Of a stretch of 64,000 bases of DNA, positions 29,901 through 43,216 are shown piece by piece (position 1 is the first letter of the stretch; each line of letters opens with the position of its first letter). The DNA is from the human T2T-CHM13v2.0 reference genome, Homo sapiens: the NCBI RefSeq assembly GCF_009914755.1, contig NC_060927.1; one strand, written 5' to 3'. The position numbers were made by a program, and so were the translations under genes. The notes below the pieces were generated by a model. It worked only from the letters and a program-made list of their open reading frames with translations, made no database searches and was not told the DNA's origin.

Positions 29901-31298
29901 TCAGAATCATAGATATATAGTATATACCACCATTTAGAATGAAACTCTAGACTTCTTATTTGCAATGGCAATGTGTTTTCTAAAGATTGCTTTGACATTT
30001 AAAAAATTTTAATAATTAGTTGCATGATGCTTTTTTGAGAATAAGTTCATTTTGGAAGGTTTTCGCTAGGTGATTCAATTGATTAGAGTAGGGGTTTTTA
30101 GGTTGACTGAGGAATGTAGTCTGTAAGGGAATATAGAAAGTTGTCTAGATGAGATGAAGGGTTTTAAAAAAATTCCTGCTAAGAAATTACTTTGCGAATC
30201 TGCGTATCCACACATTCATGTTCTACTTGGCTCTCAGTAAATTTTTGAATTTTCTTTAACTCAAGAAATGTATGTGTGTGTTTTAAACATGTTAGTACAT
30301 ATACACTGCTTCATTTTTCTGAACCCTTAGCCCAATATATTGATGTTAAAATGAGTGTTTCGTATCTTCTCTGTTCTGTATAATTTTGGTACCATATTCT
30401 TCATTTAAGTCTGAGTGAATCATGATTGTTATGATTCCCCTCCTCTGCTATTTTTTTTAAAGCAAATAACAGTCCCACACAGCATTCTTATTGTAGTCTT
30501 ATCATTCATTCCTGGAACGGTTAAGGTATAAGGTGGAGTAATATACATTGAAATTTAATTGTGTATTGCTCCTTGACTTGTCTCAGGAACAATGGGCAGT
30601 TGCTGACTTCTGTATCATACTAACCTAAGAGGTGGCACTGCCTTATGAAAATTGGAAATTTAGGTGATTGTTCAGGTGATTTTTGTGTAAAATAATTTTG
30701 TCTTAAAAGTTCTGATGAGGGAAGTCTTCTTGTTTGACTTAGCAAGATAATAGTTCTCCATCTTTCACCTTACCAGCGTAAAATAATTAGCCTTAGTTTT
30801 CCTTGCCTTTTAAATGGGGACTGATAAAACAGATACTTAGAGAATTCTGTGAGATTTACCTAATCACTTTTAACGGTAAAAGATCATCATGGGAAAGGTA
30901 GACTGTAAGTGTGAATTATTGATACTTTTCATTTTTCCTCACCCTAAGAGACAGTGCCTGAAATAGGTACCTTTCTTATCCCACTTGTCAAGGCTGAGAA
31001 ACTTAATACATACCATAATCACAACTTTTGAGATAGAATTGAATTGCTGTCATTCAAAACAGCAGGACATCTTACAACCGTTTAAATAGCAATTCTTAGT
31101 ATAATCTTTTCTGTCAAGAGACATACAACCATTTTAGGTAACAGTAGCTCAAAATATAATATTATTGACTCACTGCTCAGACTTCTTGAATTCATCAGTA
31201 AATTGCTTTTTGTATTGAATAATATAGACCTAGAATTATAGGGATCTGGAGTTCAAATTTTATATAGAATTATATGACAGAAAATTATGATTTATCAG

Positions 31299-31592
31299 TT
31301 TTTTTTCCCTTAGAGACAGGGTCTTACTCTTGCACAGGCTGGAGTATGTGGTATGATCATAGATCACTGTGGCCTCAAATTCCTGGGCTCAAGTGATCCT
31401 CCTGCCTTGGCCTCCTGAGTAACTGGGACTATAAGCACACACCGCTATGACCAACAGTTTCCTGAATTTTTTGTAGAGGAGTCTCACTGTGTTGTGCAGG
31501 TTGGTCTCGAATTTCTGGCCTCAAGTGATCCTCCTGCGTCTGCCTCCCAAAGCTCAGGGATTACAGCCATAGCCACCAATACTGAGCCTGGC
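31299..31592 (-). mobile_element. Alu (AluJ-type)
   Basis: Diverged antisense Alu dimer (cctgggctcaagtgatcctcctgcc in both arms). Confidence 0.9.
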
Positions 31593-34299
31593 CCAGGATT
31601 TATGAGTTTTTTTTTTGTTTTTTTTTTAAACCTAAAGGGCAGTATAAATATAAAGCAAGATGTGTTGTTTGAAAATTGCAAAGAAGTTTTTTTATGTTAA
31701 AAATAGTTTTCTTTGACAGTTTAAGCATGCTTTTTAGAATGCCTATTCTTTTGGTTCTCTTAGTTTAAAAACAATTTTTAAAAGTTGTTCATGTTTCTGA
31801 TAACAAAGTAAACAGTACATAGATTTTTTTTTAATGGAAAGTAACAGTTTTTTTATCCACCCCCTGCCCCTAGTTCTCCCAATTCCATTCCCTTGAAGCA
31901 GACTGTTTAGCTGTCTTTAGTCTTACTCCTTCTGTTGGTTTTCTGTACAACTCTTAATAATACACTTATTTCTCATTGAATTGTTAATTGAAGTAATATC
32001 TTTTGATTCCCTGCTCTGAAATATGAGGATTTAGTTTGCTTACCTATTCTTCCTTTCTTTTCCTTCCTCCCAGTTAATGATAGTTAAAATTTTTTTAAAA
32101 AGATTATTGGTTGCCTTTATAGTCTAAAAATATATATTTAAACTTCTGTTTCTTATTCCTATGAATAACATGTTTTTTATTCTCTACTTTGTAAATTGGG
32201 GATAATATCTTCTCCATCCACTTTTAGCTGGTTTATATTAGCTACACTTAATTTTACATCTTCAAAGTTAATAACATTTACTTTGTACAGTGCAACTAAC
32301 AACCAATCTTCTATGCTTTGTCTGTAAGTAAAAGGCCAATAAATTATACATTTATTATAACTAAATATTCAATGCCAGACCAAACAGCATATTACGATTA
32401 GATTAACTACAAGGCCAGTGTCATGATCTCTGGGCTTCTCAATGAGTCATAGCATTGAGGCACAATAGATCAAATCTTTCTCTCCCCACCTCACCCCCAA
32501 TGTCTGATACTTAATTAAAGTTATTTTACATTTTAGTTTGCTTCATATTTCATCTGTGATTTTCTTATGCAGCTTTTTTTCCTTCTGGGATTTCTGATTA
32601 CTTCCCCCTATGCCCCTTTAGTAGTCTGTTTTATTGGTATACACTCTGCAGCCCCCTCTTGCCTGTCTCAACCTGTTTGATTTACACCCATTTGTTTTGT
32701 CTCGCAGAAATATATTGAAATTTCTCACTCATTGGTGACCACCACCCTTCTCTTTGCTGTTTATTCCTTTTTGCATTTTCTGTATGTCCCCTACCCACCC
32801 AGTGGGGTCCTGAATGAGTGAGAGGTGAAAGTGTGTGTGCCTAGTTGGCCATCTTTAACCTGGACTTAGCCACTGAGTTTTGAAGTGTCTGTTGTATACT
32901 TTTGTGTGAAATCCATAAAATATCTTCTCCTATATCAAATCTTTGAGACTTCTGTCATTTAAATATGGGCAATATGTACTTTGTATGCATATAAATACTT
33001 CACAGAATCCATATTAGAAGGAAGTTACAGTGTGTTAAAAGAGATCACGGAGTTTGTTCTAGTTAACTTCTATTTTACAGGACGGAAAACTGAGGCACAG
33101 GGAGAGAGAGCAAGCATGTGTGAGCAGTATTCTTGCTCAGGGACTCAATTTAATGGCCTAGCAGAATTACAATGACATTTTTTTGACTTTGAATTTCTTA
33201 GCCGTGCTCTGATTCATAATGCCTCGCCAACCTTGAATCACGTGGTTTAGAGAAGTCACAATTATATTAGTAGCATGCAGTTCCTTCGGGAAGTTGATAC
33301 CAATTCTATTGGAGGGATCCCATTTATTCTAGTAGTTTGTTGTCTTGAAAAAGAAGTAGAATGAAATTGTTTGAGTTTAAATATTTTTGCTCAAATTCTT
33401 GTTTTGGTTTTTAAAGATACTTTAATCAGTTATTATTGATATACTGTCACAGTAATTACCAGACAACAGGCATCCAGCTATTAATAACCCCATATTTAAG
33501 AACCAAGGCAAAGGAGAAGAAACGGTTTTGAGAATTTTTTGGTATTTGATTTAACAAAGCCTACATTTAATAAGGTATGAATGATAGTTAAGGGATTGCC
33601 AAGTATAGTCTTAGAAAACAGTGGCGCACTTTCAGCCTTTTTGTATGTACATAGGATGTTAGATGCTGTTAAAAATAAAAGTAGAATGTAACACATGAGG
33701 ATAGAGCAGGCTTAAATTTTTTTTTTTGCATGAAGCTCATGCAATGACATTAATTGCTCATGTAATATTAGGGTAGTTCTAGCCGATGAAATAGTGTTAA
33801 ACTTCAAAGTCCCAACCTGGTCCAAATTAGAGGCTCCAGGAAGGAATACCATATGCATCTTGATGGCAGTTTCAGGTGTTGGAATGAGATCCCGAATCAT
33901 TTGATTCTATCAGTCATGATGCTTGGATTTAACTTAATATCAGCTTTCCATCCTGTATGGGAATGCTCTAATACAAAACAGAAGTTAAAATGACCCATGA
34001 ATGGTGTGGCAGAAATTTCCAGCTTTAGAAATTTTAATTAGTGCTGTCAGTGGTTCAGTGAAGTCGTAGTGTTCCTTCCACAGGTTGCATGCACTGGTAG
34101 TCTCATCCTTTAGATGCATCCTCAAAACCCTGGCAGAAATTGCAACTTTATTGTTTGTTGGATGTGATTCTTTATACAGTATTAGTATTTCAAACTAATA
34201 TACCAAAGGGAAATGTTATTAAAATGTAACGTTTTAATGAAATAAATTGTTAAGAGTGAAGATATTTTTAACATAATGTTCTTTGTCTTTATTTTAAAG

Positions 34300-34350
34300 A
34301 ATTCAGAAGGAACTTGCAGAAATCACATTGGACCCTCCTCCCAACTGTAG
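34300..34350 (+). CDS. UBE2E2: UBE2E2 coding exon 3 (51 nt): (R)IQKELAEITLDPPPNC(S), helix 1 of the UBC domain
   Basis: Acceptor ttctttgtctttattttaaag|A, donor TAG|gtaagt; phase matches exon 2 (AG+A = Arg); the peptide is the class III E2 signature. Confidence 0.97.
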   Translation, partial: NSEGTCRNHIGPSSQL

Positions 34351-37300
34351 GTAAGTACTCATGGTTTTTTATTTACTTGTATCTTTTGCAGAAGGTGCAT
34401 TTGAACTGTTGGTTTTATATGCAGCTGTTGTTGTAGTCTGATTAATTAGTAAAAACATCATTGTTGTTTGAACTTAAGTGACTGTGGAAGACAATGGTTT
34501 TTGTCATCTCTGTGCAGAAATGGAATGTTCAGCAAGTATGTTTGTAGTGGTTGAACGGAGTTGCCAAAAGTAGTGTAATGCAATAACAGTAAGACAATGA
34601 AATTATAGGGTAACAAATACACTATGACATTTTAGTGGAAGAGGTGTTAGGGCCTTAAGTGGTTTTTTTAATGATAGAATAATAGCATGGCTAAAATATG
34701 TGCTATGTTGTATTGTTATCTTGTTGGAATTTGATTTTTAAAAATGCAGACACATTAAACAGTGTTTCTTCATGGTTTACATTATTTCTTGTCGTCATTG
34801 GTTGTGACTAGGTAAGAATGGGTGATTTGAGGCAATGATGTTAAATGTAAAACTCTCTCTCCCTTTATGATCATGACCTCGAATTTTCTGGTCAGTGTTT
34901 ACTTTTAGGAAAGAAAAGTGCTTACCTGGAAATGGTTAATGTTATAAAGATACATGGACAAAGAGGAGAAAAATAACCTCTTACCTTATGCTGCTGCTTT
35001 GGGTCTGGTGCAGTAGTTAGAAGATGGCTGTTTGGTTATTTTTAAGACACTTATTTCTGTTTTGAGATGAGATCAGCATTGGAACCAGGCCAACCTGGAG
35101 TTTTTCTGGTTTAAAATGATAATCTTATGCATTGAAGGTGAGAGGGCCGATTAAATAAAAATTTTCCCAACGTTGAACGCAGGTAGAATTTATTGCTTGG
35201 TATGATTTCTGAGTTTACTGATCTTACTTTTATGTAAAAACAAAGATAACAATTTTGTGTAGGAAAAATTCTAATAGGACTTACTTTGTGGTGAATCTAA
35301 TATGGTTCTTCAAATGAATCATGTACAGTTTATAAACTTACAGTAATAATATTCAAAGAATGTTTCACTCAAATAGAACAAATATTTCTTTGTTAGGTAA
35401 AACCGTTTAACCTAAGACTTTTTGTCACTCTTAGGACTGTATTACATCAAAGCCGTTTCAGATGGCAGATCATTGTTTAGCTTTTGGTGGTCAATGATTA
35501 TAAGTGGATGGATTTGTGGAAAAACCCCAGTTTGAATTAAACCTAACATCCTTTGTTTCTTAGGATAATATTTGTTTTAATGGTCTGAATCTTTAAAAAA
35601 CCCATATTATTAATATATTACATATATTATTTTTGTAACCTTTTTTATGAACAATTGAACTGATAAATAAGTGAACTTTATACACTTCTTTGCTTAAATT
35701 TTGACAACCCCAATCACCGGCAAAATAAACAACTTTGTTTTAATAAGTTTGTTTAAGGCTCATTTTTAATAAATGAAATCCACATACAGTATCATGTGAT
35801 GTAGACTGCAATTTTGCTATTAGATAAATGGGGAAAGGAACTATATAAAGGTTATTATTTAAATAAACAAATAATTGAACCATAGTTCTATTAAAAGTAA
35901 AAGAAACGTTTAACTATAGTGTCATCTGAAATTTGGAGGTTTACTTTGTCTTTGAGCCTTAGTGACATCATTACTAGTTCATATGTAAGCTCTTCATAAA
36001 TAGAGCAAAATGTGTATTACAGGTTTTAATTTTTAAATGTAGAAGTCACACATAATAAGCCCTTCAAACAGTTTCAGGGAAGATATCTACTTTAGTTAAT
36101 TTTCTGACTTGGGAATTTGTAAGGAAATTCTCACTTGTGGGCTGAGGATTGGATAGCTGATAAGTTTGCTTTAGAAGCTAGGTCTGCAGTGCAGTGGCTT
36201 TGGCTCCTTTTATTGATTCTAAAACAGTTGCTTGGACTGGGTCAGGCAGAGAGAAAGGTTATTTACCTTCGTATGGCACTCCCTTTGGCAAGCAAAGGGT
36301 CCTCTGTGCTGTAGCTGATAGAAAATGTAAAACTGGTTAATCAACACTTATCAGTGTGCTTGTGTTACTTAATATGGATGTTTGGTGTGCTTATTAAGTG
36401 CATCACTGTGGTCTTTGGACTGTTTGGTGTCAAATATTTGGTTGTGGTTTGTAGTTAATCTGCCCATCTGTATTTCGGTGAAAATGTGGTTACCATCTTC
36501 AGAAAGAGATTAGATTGCAGTGTTAGTTTGGCTTATTTTTGGTCAAAGTTAACAGTGCTTTTGTGGTTGATTTTTACAAGTTCTGCACTGCCTGCATTGG
36601 CCTAATGACTGTAATGGATTAATTTATCAAAATAGAGCAAATTAAAGTTATCTGCCTAATAGAAGTCAGAGTCCTTTACTTAATCAGTTAAGTCATATCT
36701 CATTTCAGAAGAAAGCATCCCCTTACTCTGCTCCCTTTGTGGATTACCTCTCCTATCACACATGCCTCTCAAAACCCTGCCTTTTGGTTCCCTGGGTAGT
36801 TGTTAGTCTGCTATCACATGTAAAGATTATATGTGAGGGAACATCTGTGGGTTTTACCTGTTTAGTCAGAGAGTGGAGAACGATTTTTTCTACTGGTTGT
36901 CTGGGTAGGGGTGGGTGTGTGTCACATTCCACTTTGAGTGTGGTTTATCCTATTTTCGGGAACCTTAACAGACAACCCAATACTGTGTGTTTGTCAGGTT
37001 AGATGGAACCTCTGAATTTTGGTGCATCTCTTAGGTGATATCTAGTTAAGCTTCTTTTGGAATCATATTGAAGGAACTGTATGTGTTTAAGCGTTGTGCA
37101 AATCTGTTATTTAAAGAAGTTGAGACTATCAAGTCACCCCGAATCACAGCATTCAGTGTAGATAAAGTTTTATGTAAGGCATTTTTAGAGGAAGTTATTC
37201 TAATATAGTATTGGTTAATTTTTTTTCAGGTTTTGAATAAACAAATATTATTTTAAAGAACACCTACAAATGATTTAATAGATTGAATTATTTCATGTAG

Positions 37301-38680
37301 GAGATATTTGCCTCTACATATTTCAGTTTTTTCTCACTTTATTGTTGTCTTTGAAGTAAAAATGCAGTAAGATAGTTTTATTTTTGAAGTTGGGTTAAAT
37401 ATGTCATCCTTTTTAAAAACATTACTCACAGTTTAATGGGTAAATATTTTAAAACAAAACTTTATAGCTAAGAAAAAATTTCTGCTCATAAAATCGTAGC
37501 GTCTGTAGGGCCATAGGCATAGAAAATTACACTTCATTTGAGTGAAATTTGGTATATGCTTAGAGTATTTCCTATAAGTAGTGGAATATATTTTTCTTGG
37601 CCTTAACTGTCATGTTGGCTAACATAACTGACCCATGACATTTGCAAGGGTTCTATCCTGAGGCCTTCACAGATCCACTGATCAATAAATGTTTTCATAC
37701 TACTGCTGAGTTAGAGGTGCTGGGCAGTTGGTTAGAATTGCTCGTTACCTTGGTGCCTTGCACACCAGCTTAGATGGATAGAGTGGGTCAAATTGATGCT
37801 TTATCCTTACAGACCTCTAACAGGTAGATTCACTGCCCCTTATAAATGACTACAGGTTGTAACTTTCACAGTTCTTCACAAATTGTTAAAAGCAAGATCT
37901 TAGATCTGTGCATGTCAGTGTGTTCATTTATACTTCCTCGGTGCTAGTGGAGAACTGGCAGCTAGTGGGCCAGCAAATCTCCAGATAAAAATTAAAATTA
38001 AAATCGTCATCATCCAAAGGATAACTTGCTCCTCTGTATCACAGAGAAGCTAACTTGTTCAAATGCTATTATGATCTGCTACTGCTAAAGTTTGTATTAG
38101 GTTTACGAGCAGGGGAATGACAGAGAATCCTTATTACTTTTTGGAAGAAAAGACTAAGGTAAAATGATTTATTTGGATTTTGATTTTTGGTCTAGTAATT
38201 GAACAAGTAAAAGGAGGAAGTAAACCAAAAAAGAGGATGTAGTTATACTAGCAGTTTACACTTCTATTTCTATGTGTTTCAAGAATCTGCTCATGGAACA
38301 CTGGCGCTGCTTTTTAATTTTGTCTTTTATTTGATAACAGCTTTATTGAGATATAAAGTGTAAAATTCACTTATACTTTTAGGTTTTTAGTATAGTCTCG
38401 GAGTTTTGTAATCATCACAGTCTGTTTTGCAATATTTTGATACCTCCCAAAAAATAATCCATGCCTTTTAGCAGTCACTCCTTCCCCATTTTCCCCCAGC
38501 TCTTTCACCACCAGCCCTCGGCAGCAATTAGTCTACTTTCTGTTTCTATAGATTTGCCTTATCTGGACATTTTGTATAAATGAAATCTTGTGTGCTTTTT
38601 GTGTCTGGCTTTTAAAATTTTTTTTACAAAGTGTAATATTTTCAAGGTTCATCCATGTTGCTGCATGCGTTAGTACTTCT

Positions 38681-38981
<301 letters not shown>

Positions 38982-39400
38982 TAGTGTAAAGTTCAGTGAA
39001 TATACATTTATATATTTATATTCTTTTTTTCCTCTTGATCCCCCCACTCCCCTTCCTGGCCTCTGGTAACTACCAGTCTACTCTCTATTTTTGAGATCTA
39101 CATTTTTAGCTCTCATGTAAGAGTGAGAACATGTGACATTTGTCATTCTCTGCTGGGCTTATTTCACTTAACCTTGCCTGTGGTTCCATCCATGTTGCTG
39201 CACATGACAGGATTTCATTCTTTTTTATGGTTGAATTAAATATTCCATTGTGTGTATATACCACATTTTCTTTATTCATTCATTTGTTAATGGGCACTCA
39301 GGTTGGTTCCATATTTTAGCTATTGTGAATGGTACTTGGGTAAACATGGAGGTGCAGATATCTCTTTGATACATTAATCTCCTTTCTTTTTGATATATAC

Positions 39401-39757
39401 TGATATGCTTTGGCAATGTCCCCACCCAAATCTCATCTTGAATTGTAGCTCCCATAATTCCCACGTGTTGTGGGAGGGACTGGCGGGAGATAATTGAATC
39501 ATGGGGGTGGTATCCCCCATACTGTTCTTGTGGTAATGAATAAGTCTCACGAGATCTGATGGTTTTATAAGGGGAAACCCCTTTTACTTGGCTCTCATTC
39601 TTCTCTTGTCTGCCACCATGTGATGCGTACCTTTCACCTTCACCATAATTGTGAGGCCTCTCAAGCCAGGTGGAACCATGAGTCCATTAAACGTCTTTTT
39701 GTAAATTGCCCAGTCTCAGGTATGTCTTTATGGGCAGCGTGAAAATGGACTAATATA
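39401..39757 (+). mobile_element. THE1 (MaLR) solo LTR inserted in L1
   Basis: tgatatgctttggcaatgtccccacccaaatctcatcttgaattgtagctcccataattcccacgtgttgtgggagggac...aaaatggactaata. Confidence 0.92.
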
Positions 39758-40029
39758 TAAATATATATACCCAGTATAGGAATTGCTGGATCATATGGAA
39801 GTTCTGTTTTTAGTTTTGTAAGTAACCTTTGTACTGTTCTCCATAGTGGCTGTACTAATTTACATCCCAACAACAGTGTACGAGCCTTCCCCTTTCTCCG
39901 CATCCTTGCCAGCATCCGCTATTGCCGTCTGTTTGATCTAAGCCTTTTTAACCTCAGTGAGATATTGCATTGTAGCAATGTTGAGCATTTTTTAATGTAC
40001 CCTTTGGCCATTTGCATGTCTTCTTTTGA

Positions 40030-40525
<496 letters not shown>

Positions 40526-42902
40526 CTTTTGCCTGTTTTAAATTGGATTATATATATATATTTGCTGTCAAGTTGTTTGAACTCTTTACATATTCTGGTT
40601 ACTAATCCCTTGTCCCTTGTCAGATAGATAGTTTGCAAATATTTTCTCCCATTCTGTGTGTTGTCTCTTCACTTTGTTGATTGTTTCCTTTGCTGTGCAG
40701 AAGCTTTTTAGGTTGATGTAATCCCAGTTGTATATTTTTGCTTTGGTTGCCTGTGCTTTTGAGATCTTACACAAGAAATCTTTGCCCAGACCATTGTGCT
40801 GTAGTGTTTCAGGTCTTAGATTCAAGTCTTTAATCCATTTTGGTTTGATTTTTTTTGTGTATGGTGAGAGATAGGGGTTTAGTTTCATTCTTCATATATA
40901 GTTATCCAGTTTTCCCAGCACCATTTATTGAAAAGACTCTCCTTTTCCCATTGCGTGTTATTGATGCCTTTGTCAAAGATAAGGTGGCTGTAAATGCGTG
41001 GATTTATACCTGAGTTCTCTCATCTGTTTCACTGATCCATGTGTCTGTTTTTATGCCAGTACCATGCTGTTTTGATTACTATAGCTTTGTAATAAATTTT
41101 GAAGTCAGGTAGTGTGATGCCTCCAGCTTCATTCTTTTTGCTCAGGATTGCTTTGGCTATTCATAGTCTTGTGGTTCCATGTAAATTTTAGGTTTTTTTT
41201 TTTTTTTTTTTTTTTTTACTATTTCTGTGAAGAATGTTATTGGTATTTTGATAAGGATTGTATTGAATCTGTAAATTGCTTTGGGTAGTCTTGTCATTTA
41301 AAAATATTGTTATAGTTCTTCTAATCCATGAACATAGAATACCTTTCCATTTTTTTGGTGTCCTATTTATTTCATCAGTTTTATAGTTTTCTTTGTATGA
41401 GTCTTTCACTTCTTTTGTTAGATTGATTCCTAGGCATTTTATAATTTTTGTAGCTATTGTAAATAGGATTGCTTTCTTGATTTTTTTCAGGTTATTTGCT
41501 GTTGACATATATAAATGCCACTGATTTTTGTGTGTTGATTTTGCATTCTACAACTTTGCTGAATTTCTTGACAGTTCTAACAGCTTTTTTTTTTTGGTAG
41601 AGTCTTTAGGTTTTAACATCACGTAATCTGGGAACAAGGCTGATTTGACTTTTTCCTTTACAGTTTGGATGCCCTTTATTTCTTTTCTCTTGCCTAATTG
41701 CTCTGGCCTTTGTTCCTACTTGTTACCAAATAAACTTCCATTTTTATGGATATACCACATTTTATTTTTCTTCTCATCAATTGATGGATATTTATATTGT
41801 TTCCACTTTTTTGCTACTATGAATAATGCTGTTATGAACATTTATGTACAGGTTTTTGGGTAGACATTTGTTTTCATTTCTCTTAGATATGTACCTAGCA
41901 GTGGAATTGCTGGGTTATATAGTAAGTCTGTGTTTCCTGCCAGCAGTGTATGAGGGCCCAGTTTTTCTCCACAACTTTGGCAGCACTTGATGTTGTCCTT
42001 TTTTTTTTTTTAATGATAGCTATCCTAGTAGATATGAAGTGGTATTTTGTTGTGGTATTGATTTGCATTATTCTGATGGATGATGGATGAGCATCTTTTC
42101 ATGTGCTTATTGTCCATTTGTTTATCTTCTTTGGAGAAATGTTAGTTCAAATCCTGCTCCATTTTTTAATGACTTGTCGTTTTATTGTTGAATTGTAAGA
42201 GTTTTTTCAAAATACATTTTGGATATAAGTCCTGTACATCAGATATATAATTTGCAACTATCTTCCTCCATTCTGTGGATTTTTTTTTTTTTTACTTTCT
42301 TGATAGTGACCTTTGAAACATAGAAGTTTTTGCTTTTTGTGAAGTCTAAATATCTGTTTTTTCTTTTGTTGTTTGTGCATTTGGTGTCATATCTTAGAAA
42401 CCATTGCCTAATCCAAGACCACGAAGATTTACATCTGTATTTTTTCCTAAGAATTTTACAGTTTTAGCTTTTACATTTTGGTTTCTGATCCTTTTTCAGT
42501 TAATTTTTGTATGTGGTATGAGATTAGAGTCCAATTTCATTCCTTTTGGCTTGTGTAGACCCAGTGTCCCAGCACCATTCGTTGAAAAGACTATTTTTTA
42601 CACTGAATTGTCTTGATACCCTTGTTGGAAATCAGTGGATCATAAATGTGAAGATTTATTGCTGAATTCTCAATTTGGTTCCATTGGTCTGTATGTCTGT
42701 TCTTATGTCAGTAACATACTGTCTTTATTACTATAGTTTTACTGAGTTTTAAATCAGAAAGTGTAAGTATTCTAACTGGTTTACTTTTTTCATTGTCTTA
42801 ACTCATTAGGTAAGGCATTCCCAGTGGAAATGGGAAGAGGCTGTGACTGGACATAAACCTAACTACTGTGTCATTTTACTACTCATGGGAGCCATTTTAT
42901 AG

Positions 42903-43216
<314 letters not shown>

